The notes below the pieces were generated by a model, which searched no databases, was not told the DNA's origin, and saw only the letters and a program-made list of their open reading frames with translations. Made by a program: the position numbers and the translations under genes. A stretch of 64,000 nucleotides of DNA from Spizellomyces punctatus DAOM BR117 (lineage: Eukaryota). Where the stretch lies: assembly GCA_000182565.2 (NCBI GenBank), contig KQ257465.1, one strand, 5' to 3'. Each line of letters starts with the position of its first letter. Within the stretch, counting starts at the first letter, position 1. This document shows positions 15,001 to 28,619 of the stretch, one piece after another.

Positions 15001-15415
15001 ACCCTTACCGGCTTATATTCCCTCCCCCCATCAAGATTTGGATACACTTCATCAGGCGCTTTTGAGGGTTATGGAGAAAGAGTGTGGAATACCGCCTTCT
15101 CAACGGGTTTTTGTGTATGCTTTTGCGCTTGGGAATCGGTTGATTGTTGCGGAGGTTGAGGGGCTTGTTGAGTATGTTGAGCGGGTGGTGGGGAGGGAGA
15201 GGGTTGTGTTTGGGTTCCAGGAGGGGAGTGCTGGGAACGCGGTTGAACATGTTGAGATGAATGTTGACTCGCGTGATGCTCCTCATTCAACGACAGTAGA
15301 GAAACAAGAGAATGGAGGTGATGACATTCCCCCTTGTTCTTCATCATCATCTACAATCTTGATTGAATGGAATGGTTGGAAACGAAACCCAGACCTAGTC
15401 GGAATAGGATGGTAA
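12008..15415 (+). CDS. ArAE/FUSC/ALMT-like multi-pass membrane protein, multi-exon
   Basis: N-terminal TM block (RLLKCLVTFY...FFHPGRTLGAQLE) and a second TM block (RFGLRNAFA...GYW, PTLGAT...YRILG, ARCITVLIGSIIAVLASWLIFP), followed by helical domains with ATKEP. This is the typical layout of fungal ArAE_2/FUSC_2 proteins. Confidence 0.75.
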
Positions 15416-15466
15416 AAAATACATTATATAAAAACAAAAAAAGAAAACCATTTGTTGAACAATTTT

Positions 15467-18400
15467 TTACACTCCTTCACTCAACAAGACCCCTTGCTCC
15501 TTTTTATACCGCCCGCGGACACTCCGTCCCCCAAAAGCTTTAACCAAACCCTTCATACCCAAAAACCAAAACACACCCAACAATTTAAAAAACGCTAATC
15601 CAGCCGTAACACTCAATAAAACATTTAGGTACCCATTTCCACTCCACGTTGTCCCAACGGCAAACAAGACGGCATTTGAGGACAAATAAGTCAACATCAT
15701 GATGGTTCGAAAGGACTTGTAGTCGTCTTCTTGTTGGGTTTTGGGGTCTTGAGTTGATGTGGATACGTTGGATGGGAGGGATCGGAGTTCGTCGAGGGTT
15801 TCGGAATAGTGTTGTGCAAGTGTTGTTTGGTCGGTCGAGATTGAAACATCTGCTACCACGGTTCCGTCGCTTTGTTTTTGGGCTTGGACGGTTGGAAGCG
15901 TAGTTGGTTTTGATTCACCTCTGTTTTGGTTTGTTAGTGAATTCATCAATTTTCTTGAATGTATACGGTAAAAACATACTTTGTTCCCCAGGATACATCG
16001 TGGAGGTTGGATAGGGCATACACAGTGAGAACATTGATATACGAGGGAAGCAACAAGAGATCTACCCCCCCCCCCCCCCCCAAAAAAAAACCATTAAAAA
16101 AAACATAACCCCAAATCACCACAAACAAAAAACAAACGGACTCACATTGCACAAAACACGTAAACATATGCGCAAAATCCAACTGCAAAAAACTCGCCAA
16201 AAAATACACACCCACCGTCGAGGCCAACGTCACAGCATACACCAAACTCTCCCGTTTAGCATCCCGCAATTTCACATCCATTTCTTTCCGCATCACTCTT
16301 GCCACTTGGTTTACCAACGTATTCATTAATAACTGCCCTCCATCTCTGGTGGGTTGTACGGCAGGTTCCACGAGCGGCCGCAACACACTCCCATAATCCA
16401 TATTATATTGCGTTCGAACAAATTGGGTTGTTTGAATTAACCGTCGAACCAAGAGTCCAATCATGACGGCTCCAATCACACCAAACCCAAACATGACGGC
16501 CTTGTACGTTCGTCGAAAGGCTTGAGGGCGGTTCCCGAATGATATGATGAATAAACAGACTAGAACCACTGGGTAGGAAAATCGGGCGATGCCGAGTAGG
16601 ATTTGGATGATCCTGGTTCGGACGTTGGGACTTTGGCCCGCTGATGTTGGATCCGATAGGATTTGTTCCAGTTCGCCAAAGAGGAAGAAAAATGTGATGG
16701 CAAAGTTACCTAAAGAGAATCAAATGCGTTGTAAAAACAATGCAAAGGTATCGAGTGTGACACAAAGTTTCATTACCTAGGATAAACCACGAGAAAACTT
16801 GGTTCACGACATTATATAAATACTGTACCGTGAACGCTAGTTTTCGTAACAAACTATGCCGCGTCGACCACATTCGCGTAATATTCGCCAAAGCATAAAA
16901 CCTATACTTGGTCATTAGCCCCTCTCCAAAATCCAACGTCTTCTCCCAAAAAACAAAACTTACCCAGCAAACAAACTCCCATTCAACCATCGCCGCCTCT
17001 GCGACAAAAACTCTGGAATCGATTCAGGTACATCCGTATCCGCTTTAGCATCATTCACATAATGCAACGTCCACCGTCCATTAGGTTTAGCAACGAGCTC
17101 AAAACAAAGGATTCGATCCTCGGCTAAATACAAATTGGCAGAAAAAATGGAACTGTCTTGTGGTTTGCCGACACGTGCTTCACCCTGTGTACACACACCT
17201 ATCAGTATACTGTGTACACACACAATTGCGTTTGAAATTGGGCTTGATGGATTTTTTAGGTACCTCAAAGTACTTTGAAAGAGGTCCTTGCCCGGGTCCC
17301 AAATCCTGCAACGCTTGCCATCGATACGCCGAAAATGCACCCGGAAGCACGCTAATGTACCCAAAAGCACTTTCAAGGGCTAAAAGAAAAAAAACAAACA
17401 ACTTTAGCAAACCTATCATGTAACAGAAAAAGAATAAAGAGAATAATACGCACACTTGTCTAACAGATTTGAAATCTTGTACTCAAAGTTCTGACTCGCC
17501 ACCAGTGGGTTCATGATGTTTTTAAAGTACGTCAGACCTTGACCCAAGTCTGCTCGAATCTCACCGCATGCGCCCGCAATCTGTATAGACCAGAATGAGC
17601 CTTTCAACACGACAGCTTCAACACACTGTCAAAAGCGCTTACCTGGTCATTCCGATAAAAAGCCTTCCACAGTGAATACAAACTATTGGCAGAAGGTTTC
17701 GTCCCAACGTCAATCAACTATAGTATTCACAAAAATAATTCAGTCCCCGACATAGACTAAATCCCACCATACGACAAACAAAGATTATACAAACCACACA
17801 GACACGCGGATCCAGTAACGCCGAAAAGGCCCTAAAAAACCATCGATGGGAGTTGATCTTTTTCGCATTCTTTTCTTTAAGACAGAATATTGTTTGTATG
17901 GGTGGAATTCCTTCTTTTGGGCCCCATAGTTGCATTTTGGTGTCAAGGACTTTTTGGGGTGTGTATTCGAAAATGTCTGTTCGTATCGCGTTGTCAGCAA
18001 AAAGTGGTTGAAAGTTCAAGTACAGGGTTGGTTTTTACTTACGTGCGGTGGTTTCGTCGCCATTCACGGCGGATTGGGCCACACCGTCTTGATACACGCC
18101 CATGACTTCAAGGACTTTGAGAACAGTTGGATGGATTTTAGATCGTCCGTCCGCCACTAAAAGGATGTACCGTTTACTCTTGTTGTTGGTTGGTTCTCCT
18201 TAGAGATGAGTGTATTTACCTATGCAAATAGCCACTTTCTTCCATCCATCTGCATCCCATCCATTCTTGTTTTTCTCGCAGAGATACTTTAGGTTTTGAG
18301 CAAGGGCAAACATGGTGCGGTTAAAGCCTTCCTATCCATCCAGAAACGACGTCGGATTTAGTCCATTGCTATCCAAATGACAAAGCAACACCTGTTCATA

Positions 18401-19041
18401 CATGGTCTTCATTGTACATGGTAACGACAACGAAAATCTCTATCCGTCGCTGATAATTCGCGCATCGAAGATTGTATCCTCGCTCGACAAAATTGTCTGG
18501 ATCTGAAAAGTGCCGGTTTCAGTTACCCTACCCGTTACCTCACTCTATTTGCAAAAAAGCTCTTTTCCTACATACCACATGTCGAAGCCGTATACCGCAT
18601 ACTCTCAAACTCTTCCCCCTTCCCATACTGCACCTCCTTGATCACCTCATCCGGAACCCGCTGCTTAATCACAAAATTCCCAGTCTGAGACAACTTGACG
18701 GTCTTGATCCGTCTATTTATCGTCGTCTTTCTCTTCCTCAACGTACTATCGTATCCAACCGGCGAGAGCTCGTCATCATCAGCAGGCGGATAGAGATTGG
18801 CGGTGCTTGTAGGTGGATACTCTGCGTATCCCGCCTGTCCAGGCGCGTAAAGAACCGGAATGCTCTGGTGGATCCCAGGTGGTGTATCTGACTCCCATGT
18901 CTTTGGTGTGCTCGTTTCGGAGGGGTAAATATCAAGCTGGGTTTCTCCGGAATTGACTGACGGTTCGTAGGCGTCGCTAATGTAGCTTGCCCGAGGGTCG
19001 GCATGTTCGATATTGGGTTCAATGAACCGAATGGATGCCAT
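15467..19041 (-). CDS. Chitin synthase, division 1 (class I/II/III-like), multi-exon
   Basis: Motifs [80 protein letters not shown] and LHDVSWGTK. Confidence 0.95.
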
Positions 19042-19491
19042 ATTGCGTAAACGTGGATAAGAGGAACGGTTGTTGGGTGGGTATGGGAAAAGATGGAAAC
19101 TATTTTATGGCGTTCTTCATTCGTATTGGAAAATATGGGTTTCTTGTGTGATTTCTCGAGAGATGCTGGGGGGGAGACGGTAAACCGTTCTTGTTAGGTA
19201 GGTTGTGTGTGTGGCAGATCGTCGGCTGTGCAAGTTGAAAGTACAAGCAATTTTGATCATTTATGGTTATATTGCCATGAAAGAGAGGCGCAGCAGTTGC
19301 TGTGTTGAAGGGAATTTGGAAGCAGCACAGTTGACAGTGTTGAGGCTGTAGCGAAGTGTTCTTTTTTGGATGGACTTTTGCGTGCGGCTTGAAGAAGACA
19401 GGAACAAGATTTCCCGCCTGCTACATACACACTGAATATACACGCATTGTGCATGGACATACAGTCTATGCTGTACACGGAACGAACAAGG

Positions 19492-20496
19492 ATGGGATTC
19501 GCACGACAATCCGCCAGCATCATCTCGTTTGCCACGCTTGCCCTCCTTATCACGTACATTACAACCATCCATGCCCAACCCGCCGCACCCCCACCACAAT
19601 CCCCCCCTTCCATCAAAGAAGACTGGTTAGATACTGACAACATGTTCTTTGCCCTCGTCGACGAACCAGAGAGTCCAGACGGAGAAAGCGCCCTCTACCC
19701 TCCGAACGACTGCTACGCCAATTGGTGCTTCCCTTCTGGAATGTTTGTCGACCTCGTCATCAAACACTGTAACCAAACAATCACGAAGATCGATTCAAAG
19801 TCCCTCCCGACATCTGCAAAAGAAGTTGAACAGCTACTGGGAGATTGCATTTGCGGTGCAAGCGATGATAAAGGGCTTCAACAGGATATCAACGCCATGT
19901 GGCAAACATGCGCAAACTGCTTGAACGGAAAAATGGGCGTCACCGATCCGAAGCATCATAGTACCATCAATGCAACAACATTCAATAAAGCTTGTTCGTG
20001 TAAAGACCCTGGACCCGTTCAAGCACTTGTCAACATGCAGAATCCAAATTGGGTGTGTAATGATTACGATGAGGATCGGTTACGCAATGGACGACGATCT
20101 GGAAGGGCTCTACCGGTTTTTAGACCGCCTACCTCGGCTACACCCAACAATGCGTCAGTGTCGGCGCCTAGTTCTGCTGTACCGGTTTCGGTGCCTGCAT
20201 CTGCAGCACCATCGGCGGCACCATCGGCAGCACCATCGGCAGCCCCGTCCGCAGTATCCGCACCGCCTGCAGCGCCTGCACCGCCCGCAGCGAGTCCCAC
20301 AAACGCCCCGGCACCACCCGCCCCTGCTAATCTGAGAATATCAGGAGCAGCTTTCATGCCACAAGCTGCAGGTGACCGATTTCCATCACCACCACCTCCA
20401 CCTCCACCACCTGAAGATATCGAAGACGACTGGCGGTGGTGGATGCGTCCCGGAGGACAAAGAGAAGAACGGAGTCTGGGCGGATTGAGACCATAG
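19492..20496 (+). CDS. Putative secreted Cys-rich protein with a Pro/Ala/Ser-rich tail
   Basis: Hydrophobic N-terminal segment ending IHA-QP, a Cys-rich core (CIC, CANC, CSC), SAAP repeats and poly-Pro; intronless ORF. Start codon uncertain (19468 or 19492). Confidence 0.65.
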   Translation: MGFARQSASIISFATLALLITYITTIHAQPAAPPPQSPPSIKEDWLDTDNMFFALVDEPESPDGESALYPPNDCYANWCFPSGMFVDLVIKHCNQTITKIDSKSLPTSAKEVEQLLGDCICGASDDKGLQQDINAMWQTCANCLNGKMGVTDPKHHSTINATTFNKACSCKDPGPVQALVNMQNPNWVCNDYDEDRLRNGRRSGRALPVFRPPTSATPNNASVSAPSSAVPVSVPASAAPSAAPSAAPSAAPSAVSAPPAAPAPPAASPTNAPAPPAPANLRISGAAFMPQAAGDRFPSPPPPPPPPEDIEDDWRWWMRPGGQREERSLGGLRP

Positions 20497-20587
20497 TCAC
20501 AAGACATTTGCGATGGATAGAAAATATTGGACTATTATATGACGCATTTTTTGTTTTGTAATTTTTACCATTCAATAGTCTTCTTTA

Positions 20588-21323
20588 TAGTGTGCAGGTG
20601 GTAGAAAATGTCACTAGGGACAAATTCTCCCTCCAACCCACTACAGCCGGTTCTAATTTACAATTAGCCAGCCTGTCCAACCCTTCATAACCTATCCTGC
20701 AAACAAGTCCCACCCCTATCCTAACTCGCTACAGGTTCCAGCCTGGGTTGAACTGGGGTACGTGAAAAGCTAACTACTACTAGGCCCAATGACACACGCA
20801 ATACGTAACGGTTGGTTCTAACCGGGTAACTAAGCCCACCACCACGAGAGAAATCCTACTAAGCCCTTGATTCCGAAATTCTTTAGTCGGAGGATGTTCA
20901 GATACTAATTAAACCAGAATTAGACTGGATAATCCGCGTGGGAAAATACAAAGATAATGCATACCTGCGATCGTAGCAATATAGTAGTAGCAGCGTTTGC
21001 AAGGGGTTATGTTGTTGTTGTAGTCGGGAGGCGAGGTCCTCGACACCACCACATCTGCATTCTCATGATTCGACCGACAGTCGCGATGAGAAGAGTTGCA
21101 CAGATGCTTTGAGAGTCGAGGAACTGGTGAGGAAGGGGAGAGAGAGCAAAGGCCCACCTTTTATAGACCTTCGGCATGCGCCTCACCGCAGTTTAAAAAA
21201 AAAACATTACATGCATGCCACACCGTTTTTGAGTTAGAGGGGGTGCTGATTATGCGATATGATTAACTGGATTAATCCGGATAATAACGGGTTCTAGTGC
21301 CATTTTCAATCACCTCCACACTA
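20588..21323. mobile_element. Non-autonomous DNA transposon / MITE-like element
   Basis: 30-bp imperfect terminal inverted repeats with 4 mismatches: TAGTGTGCAGGTGGTAGAAAATGTCACTAG (20588-20617) versus the reverse complement of 21294-21323, TAGTGTGGAGGTGATTGAAAATGGCACTAG. The outer TA may be a TSD. No transposase ORF inside. Confidence 0.7.
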
Positions 21324-21528
21324 AACAAACGGCGGACACCCCTGTTTTTTACATTCGAATGAACCAACTCGATCATTACCCAAATTTCGCTGACTCATCA
21401 CAAGAGCCTTCTGGTTGACGGACTTGCCACGTTTTTGCCCAGCACCCACGCATCTATCTGGCCATTACATCTCTTTAACAAATCTCTATTATAAATACTC
21501 TACCATACATTTCCTTTTGAAAGCCACC

Positions 21529-22830
21529 ATGGCCTCTCTCCTCTTTGACGACATAACCTTCCCAACCGAGCTCTACGACCCAACAACATACACCTTCTCC
21601 GACCCCATAAAAGACTACCTCCTCTTTGCCCCTCAAGTCATTACCCTCTACGAACGCAAAAACACCCCAACCTCCAATATGTCACAAAAAACGGGTACAG
21701 AGGGACCCAGTGTTGCGGAAACGGCTTTGAAAACCTCCGTACAGGTTTTTGGAGAGTTTGTTAAGTACCAGTTGAGGTCTTCTGAGTTTGATACTTTTAC
21801 CGCGAGAAAGGCGGAGCGGGATTGGGAGGGTAGTAAGGAGAGTGTACGAGAGCGGGAACGAAGGCAAGAAGAGGAGCGGGAACGGGAACGGGAACGAGAA
21901 CGAGAACGAGAACGAGAACGAGAACGAGAGAGGGAACGAAAACAGACACGAGAGAGGGAAAGAGAGAGTGAGATGGCAAAAGAGCGCGACCACGACCATG
22001 AACACGAAACAAACAGAACCCGCCCCCAACACCATACCAAACACCCAGAAAATAATCCAGAGAAACAAAAACACCATGCCTCTTCACTCGACACTCCACC
22101 CAAAACCCCACCCACATCCCATTCCACCGCACCCGAATCACCAACAACAACAACAACAACAACTTCCCTAATAACAACAACAACCCTCACCCTCCTCTCC
22201 CTAACAACCGCCTACGCAGCCTCCAAAACCCACTCCAAAGCAACATTCCTAAACTCCTTCCGAAGCCTCCATAAAGACCTAACAAACCATCTCACCAAAA
22301 TCCGCACATGGATAAAAACACGACAAGACCTCTCACTCCCTATTCCAACATTTTTGTTACACGATGTGGAGAAAATACAATCATTGCATGACTTGGTGTC
22401 GAAATTGGATCAAGGAGGCCATGATTGGGCTTTGATGCCTGCTTATGTTGGTGCGTCTGTGTCGGCGGCTGTGGGTGCTGCTGCGTATGGTGGGATCCTA
22501 GCGGCTCAGGTGGGTCGGGTGGGAATCCTGGGGGTCCTTGTTGCGGCAATGTATGGGGCGGTCGTCAAGGGGAGGTTGGCGAGTGGAGTAGTGCGCTCGA
22601 GTTTGGGGGTCGTGGCTGATAAGGCTAGGCGGGTTTGCATGGCGTTGGAAGAGGGTGAAAAGGAGAGGGCAGAGTTGGTTCGAGGGGCTTTTGGGAGAGA
22701 TATGGTTAACTTGGATGAAGTTCCATTGGAAGATGAGCGTGAGGAGCAATGGCAACGGCCAATAGGAAGAAAGACAAAGATACACAGTACTCCCACTCGT
22801 GGACATGAAAATGAATTCATTGCAGTATGA
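21529..22830 (+). CDS. Hypothetical protein with an (ER)n charged repeat and C-terminal hydrophobic helices
   Basis: 433-aa intronless ORF from gccaccATGg; (GAACGA)n repeat near 21880-21930; Gly/Ala-rich hydrophobic hairpin near the C-terminus. Confidence 0.65.
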   Translation: MASLLFDDITFPTELYDPTTYTFSDPIKDYLLFAPQVITLYERKNTPTSNMSQKTGTEGPSVAETALKTSVQVFGEFVKYQLRSSEFDTFTARKAERDWEGSKESVRERERRQEEERERERERERERERERERERERKQTRERERESEMAKERDHDHEHETNRTRPQHHTKHPENNPEKQKHHASSLDTPPKTPPTSHSTAPESPTTTTTTTSLITTTTLTLLSLTTAYAASKTHSKATFLNSFRSLHKDLTNHLTKIRTWIKTRQDLSLPIPTFLLHDVEKIQSLHDLVSKLDQGGHDWALMPAYVGASVSAAVGAAAYGGILAAQVGRVGILGVLVAAMYGAVVKGRLASGVVRSSLGVVADKARRVCMALEEGEKERAELVRGAFGRDMVNLDEVPLEDEREEQWQRPIGRKTKIHSTPTRGHENEFIAV

Positions 22831-23017
22831 ATTCATAATGTTATCAGTAACAGAATATGTATCTATATTCAAAAAAAAAAAAAAAGTTCAAAAGTAAACA
22901 CTATAAATTTGAAAAAATGGCCAACTGGACGGTGAGAAACCCCGTCCCCAAAGACGACATGTATACACAACGTTAGCCGAAACACTATTCTTCATCCACA
23001 ATTTCCACACACCAACG

Positions 23018-26000
23018 TCAAACAACAGGGACCCTCCACTTGTAATGTTCACAAGGAAAGGCAAGTTCTTTTCCACCCTCGTCTCGCCTTGCTCTGCGTC
23101 CTTTGAAGCTGACAAGTACAGGCTCAACTTCGTCACCACCTCCAGCCTCCTCAGCTGCAGCTGCCGCTGCCGCAGCTGACACCAAATTCGACACTATATT
23201 CACTCCGCATGATTCACAGAGCCCAACTTGGCTGCCATACACTTTCCTCGCACTGCTCAACAGTGTCCGACGAACCGTATTGGCGTCTTTGCCAGCTGGA
23301 AGGCCCAACAATTCTAATAGATCCCTACCGGCATTCAACCGCTGTAGGTGCTGGTGGAAGGCGTATGCAATCAAATCCGCCGAAAGACTAAGGAGTGAAG
23401 GCCCAATCCACGTCAAGGGATTTATTCCAGCTTCATCCGTTATCGCCTCGTCATGATTCGCCAAATCCAACATGGTGCCCAATACACCACCTTCCGTTCG
23501 CACTCCACCCGTGTCGCCGAATAGTCCATTTGACACGGGGGACAACAAACCGCTTGATGCAGACCCTGCTTCACAAGTCTTGACAGCCTGTGCAAGCTCC
23601 TTGACACTCCTAGCGAGTGCTCCTCGTCCTTCGTCAAGATACAATGTGCGGAAATCGTCCGGTACACCCTCACCGGCAGAAGCAAGGACCCACGCAACCT
23701 TCCCTGTCGTAGCCGACGTGATGACTGACTTTTGCCGCGTGACATCCAAGGACGCACTCCCCATGGCATAAAGAGTAGCAGCGGCCTGAGCCCGCAAGTT
23801 CATAATGCTATCCAACATCTGCCGACAGCCTTCCAATAGCTCGGTTAGTGATTCGTCGTTGAGTGTTTTTATATCCACAACGGGCATGTCGAGGGCCTTC
23901 AATAGTTTGTTGACAGGTTCCGGGTCCATGACCGGTATACCTGTTCCTTGATCGATGGGCTTCCCGACAGTCGCTGGTGGGAATAAGGGTCGGTCGGGAT
24001 TCTCTTGACTTAGGCGGGTGAGTATAAACAGCGCTTGGCACAAAGTGAAATATACATGGGGGTAAAGGAACGGCGGAACGCCGCCACGTTTGTACGTCCC
24101 GGGAGGACCGGGAGCAAACGTGTTGGGTGGTACTGTTGGCGATGTTGATGTGTCGGGGGATGGATCACGGACGACCTTTGACAGGTAATATAGAGCCAGG
24201 TACGGCTGATGCAGCAAAACATACCCCACAGCTATTAAACCAAAAATAGATTTAATTGCGACGAACCTTTGTCAAACCAAACCCGAAAAATACTTACCCA
24301 GATTCGCATAAATAAGCATAGACCCAATCCAATCATTAGGACTCTTGAACACTTTTGCAACTTCATACAAGGCCAAAATGCCTTGATCAAACAATGGTTG
24401 CCCAATCACTTCCGGTGCGGTCTCATCCGGGCTTCCCGTTCCGATATTAATCGTCTCCAACCGCGGGGGACCCCAGTACCGTCTGCATTCTGCCAAATCC
24501 AGTGATCCATTACCGGATGTCTCCATACTCCGAATCCATTGCATCGAATTTAATGTTCGCCCTACTTCGATATACAGGCAGCCAAGATTGGCTTCCTCTT
24601 TGGCTTTACCCATAGTGTCCTGGATATTACGAAAGAGCTTGGCGGCACGGTCGTGATACTCCAATGCCAGCGGCAATCTTCCTTTGGCATAATATGATGT
24701 ACCAACATTCGCCACGATGGCAGCTTCTGCTGCATATACTTCGGTCGGTATCGCCTGGGGATTGGATAGAGACGCTCGGCGAGTGGAGGTGGACGCCAGC
24801 AGACGAGCCGAATAAAAGGTGACGATTGACTCTGCCTGTGTGTGCGAGTTTAACGCTTCGTCATCCAGACCAAGCTGTTGATGACAGAGTCCCAAATGGG
24901 TCAAAGAGCGGGATTGGGCGAGCAGAGTTTGTCGATGCAAGTACGAGAGCTTGATTTTGGTCTTGGTGGACGGTCCAGCATCAAAAGATGATCGGCGATC
25001 ATTTCCTGGCATCGATTCAGACGAACTCCCCGTCGACAATGAAGGAGCAGATGACGTCCTCTGCAGGTTTGGCAGGTTAAATCCCGGCGGCAGCGGATAT
25101 TCTTCTAGGACCGCCTCCGCTAACCGCCGGCACATATCATGATACTGTATTGCTTCCTGATACTGTCCCAAGCAAAAATATCCGTTCCCAAGGTTCGTCG
25201 TCAACTGCAGAAACCACACTACGATGGGTGGGCCTTGTGAAGCATCCTGGGCAGGATCATTGAAAGACTTTGTTGAAGAAGTCCTTACTGATCCGCTAGG
25301 TTCATCAGGCTCCATATCGCTATCGATATCCGCGTGCCGCATCACCAGTTGTAACCACAAGGAATTGGATCTCCACGCAGCATCCTCTACATACTTTGTC
25401 GAAACGTCCCACGCATCACGAAGTTCGTTAAGGCTATCTTGCAATTTCCCTTGGCTCCGCAAAGCGCATCCAATGTTTGACAACGCCTTTGCCTCTCTCA
25501 GCAAATCCTTTTCCTTGACTGCCAATTCGCGCGCCTGCCGCCATTTTGACAATGCCTCCTCTATATTATACCTTGGTGCCGCATATGCCATACCGCCCTC
25601 ATCCAGTAACGTGTCAATGTTGGGTCTCTGCACCGAGGTGTTCCGCATTGGTATCATGAATCCAGTGGATCTTGGCGGAATTACGGGCGCAGGTGCATAC
25701 ACTGATCCATCGGAGCCCTGTCGGGACAGACGCGATGCCTCTTCGTCGAGGGATGAAATCGAGGATGTCTCACTGAATGAATATCGCTGTGTTTCGCGGC
25801 GAGGTGGTATCTGCACATCTGCATCAGCGTGGAACGACACTGGACGGCGACCATATTCGTTTCCCGTGTTAAAGGAAGTGTACTGGGGTTCCGGAAACAT
25901 TGCCGTCGGCTGTGCGTATGGAGATTCGAATGACTGCGGAGATGAAAGATAGGGCGACTGTGCTTGAGGTGGTGGATATGCACTCTGTTGCGGATATGGT

Positions 26001-26431
26001 GGATGTTGATATTGCTGCTCTGGGTATGACACTGCTGAATGGGGTAGAGGCATTTGCACTGAAGGTCGGGGAGGATATGGTGGGGCAGCTTGAGATGGAA
26101 GATTACGACGAGGCGGGGGCACAAACGACATTCGCTGTCCTGAAGCAGGAAATGCAGTCCCTCGATCTGGAAAGCCTTGCGCAGAAGCTCCCCGTGAGGG
26201 AATGCTGACAGTTGCCCCAGATGTTGTGCGGGGTGCAATCTGTACGGTAGGCGGGATACTGCCGACAGTTGCTGAACGATTGACGTCGACAGCAGGGGTC
26301 GGCGGTCCGGTGCTCACTGTACTGCCGCTGAGCACACCGGTTGAGCTGCCTCCACGAGGCAATCGTGCGGGGATATTTCTTCGCGGCGGAATGTACACGG
26401 TATTATTCTGTCGTGGTGGTGGTGCCGACAT
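23018..26431 (-). CDS. TPR-repeat protein with a Pro-rich N-terminus, 2 exons (intron 24297-24232)
   Basis: TPR-like units (EAKALSNIGCAL, NLGNGYFCLGQYQEAIQYH, HLGLCHQQLG, NVGTSYYAKG); the GTAAGT...TAG intron joins the two ORFs in frame. Confidence 0.85.
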
Positions 26432-28619
26432 GTTTGATATTTCTTGCTCTGCCAGGGAAAAAAAGGCGCATTAAAACACATCCTAGTGGGAAGAACATTG
26501 AAGACCCAAAAAGGATTGCTTTCCAACTTGTATCCATTGCCAAATCCAGTGTCATCCACCCAACTCCCTCTTGCTTCATGCGCATATCAAAGTACCATAG
26601 CCGATCATCTTTCACCCACCTCAACACACTTGAGCACAGAATTTGAGCAAATACTGGTTCCCTCTTCAAGGCTCACTGCCTCCACTGATGTCTTATAGTG
26701 AATGTCGTTTATGATAGCAATCAGGCCTTCAGCCCAATACGCAACGGTCCACCGTCGCCGATACTCCCTACAGGAGTATTCACCAAAAGGGGGCACCCGA
26801 CTTTACACTGGAGATAATAGGCCAAGGTTCGGCTGAATATGTAATGAGCAAAGGGGCCCAAGAAAAGCGCTCTAAAAGATGGAAGCATGAGAAATCTTGC
26901 TCTTGGCACCATCAACCGCTGTCCAGCCATGAAACAGCCGGCCTCAGCCGTTCATGACAGCATTTCCGCTCAGGCCATTCACACCCACAACCTACCAAGT
27001 AACGTTTCCAGTCCACTCACGTCGCTGATGGCCCACAGAAACCCATATGGCAAAAAAATCTCGACAGGTGTTCTTCCCGTACAGCCAACTTGGTCAAAAG
27101 CGCAACAGAGCCTCAATGTTCAATTTTACCCGTTTTGGAAGGTATCCGGATGGAAAATTTCGCTCTTTAAGACCCGATGAAGGCAGCGGGAGTCGAACCC
27201 GTCCCTGACATTGCGACTGTGGCGGTGGACTTTGCAGGTTGCATTGCATAATTTCCGGTGCTGACGTATTTGTCGCTAGTCACCACAGGCAGTCCAGTTG
27301 AAGGATTCATGCAGAGCTCATGGGAAATGACTATCTTTCTACAGTATATTATGGGCGATAATGGGCCATAACCCCCACAATCGGACTCGGGCACGCGACC
27401 ACCACACAGATCTGTGTGACTATGGACTTTATGTTCACACTCGCTGAGGGCCAAAGTCTTTAGTCTGATGACGTGCATGGTGAAGGATGGCACAAGATAT
27501 TACAGCCCTGGAATCACAAGAGGGTTTGACTGGATCCAGCAGGAAGAAGCCCTACTTAAAAGCAAGATATGTAGTTGTAGTTGTTGCCATCCGATACCCG
27601 GAGCGCAATGTACCTTGAGGAAAAGAATTAAATCCTAGAAAAAAACAAGGGCGAGAGAGAGTATGGAGCTCTTTAGCGCATCTCTGGACTCACGGTCCAC
27701 AAGTGTATTATTCTACGTAAGTATGCACGTATGATACCAAATAAAGAGACAAGCCCGCCGCTTCATTTGGGTTCCCAAACACTTTTCTGTCACATACCTG
27801 GTTCCAAGAGGCCTTTCCAATCAGAGATAATCAGAGCTCCTTACAATGCACCCTGTTGGTTGCTGAGAACAATTCAACGGAACCCATTATGCAACTCGGG
27901 GATGCAGCCCTGTGTAAAGTGGAACCATCAACTTTTGTGACTTTGTGACAGATACAAGTACTGACACGAACAAAGATGCTGAGAATCGCCATCCAAGCGT
28001 GCATGCATGCCATATCACAAAGAGAGTGACATGCTATCCCCACAAAGCAATGACAATGGAACGTACCACATGCTGTGCCCATCAATGGTCTGGTCTGCTG
28101 TTGTCCCCTGCTCGGTTTATCCGGAGCTGAGGCGAAGTTGATTGGCGACTACAAAATGCCTTGCTTAAAAAAAAAGAATCCAAGGCGAACAACAATGTGT
28201 GAAACGAGTGACCCCCCGCCCAACTTTGATCGCCAAGCCTCCCGTCCGCCCACAAGATGCGCAAACCCATGAAACAACTAAGCACATGTGTAGATGTAAT
28301 AAACGTCATGTATCCTAATATGGTAATAATCTATAAATCCTGACGTCATTCACTGAGCGGCGAGTGAAACAAAAAAAAAATGGCCATGGGTTGAAACACA
28401 GAGCCTTTTTGGATACCTTTTTTTACCATGGTCATCTGCTCTCCATTGGGCTTTGTTTTTTTTCCTTTTTATTTAAGTTATTTTCAACGAATTGTTTTCC
28501 CACTGTTTTTTTTTTTTTTTCCTTTGAGGGCCGTCGTCGTTTCGCCGTCGTTCGTTGTTGTCGATCGTTCTGGTGTTTTTTTGGGGTTGTGTTTCTTGCG
28601 TGTGTATCTACCCGGCATA

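Noticed and set aside
20612..21299. CACTA/EnSpm termini (CACTAG...CTAGTG)
   Set aside because: The inverted repeat extends 24 bp further out, so CACTA is internal to the TIR rather than terminal.
26700..28300. Short ORFs such as 27167-27493
   Set aside because: No domain similarity or coherent exon structure that I could support.
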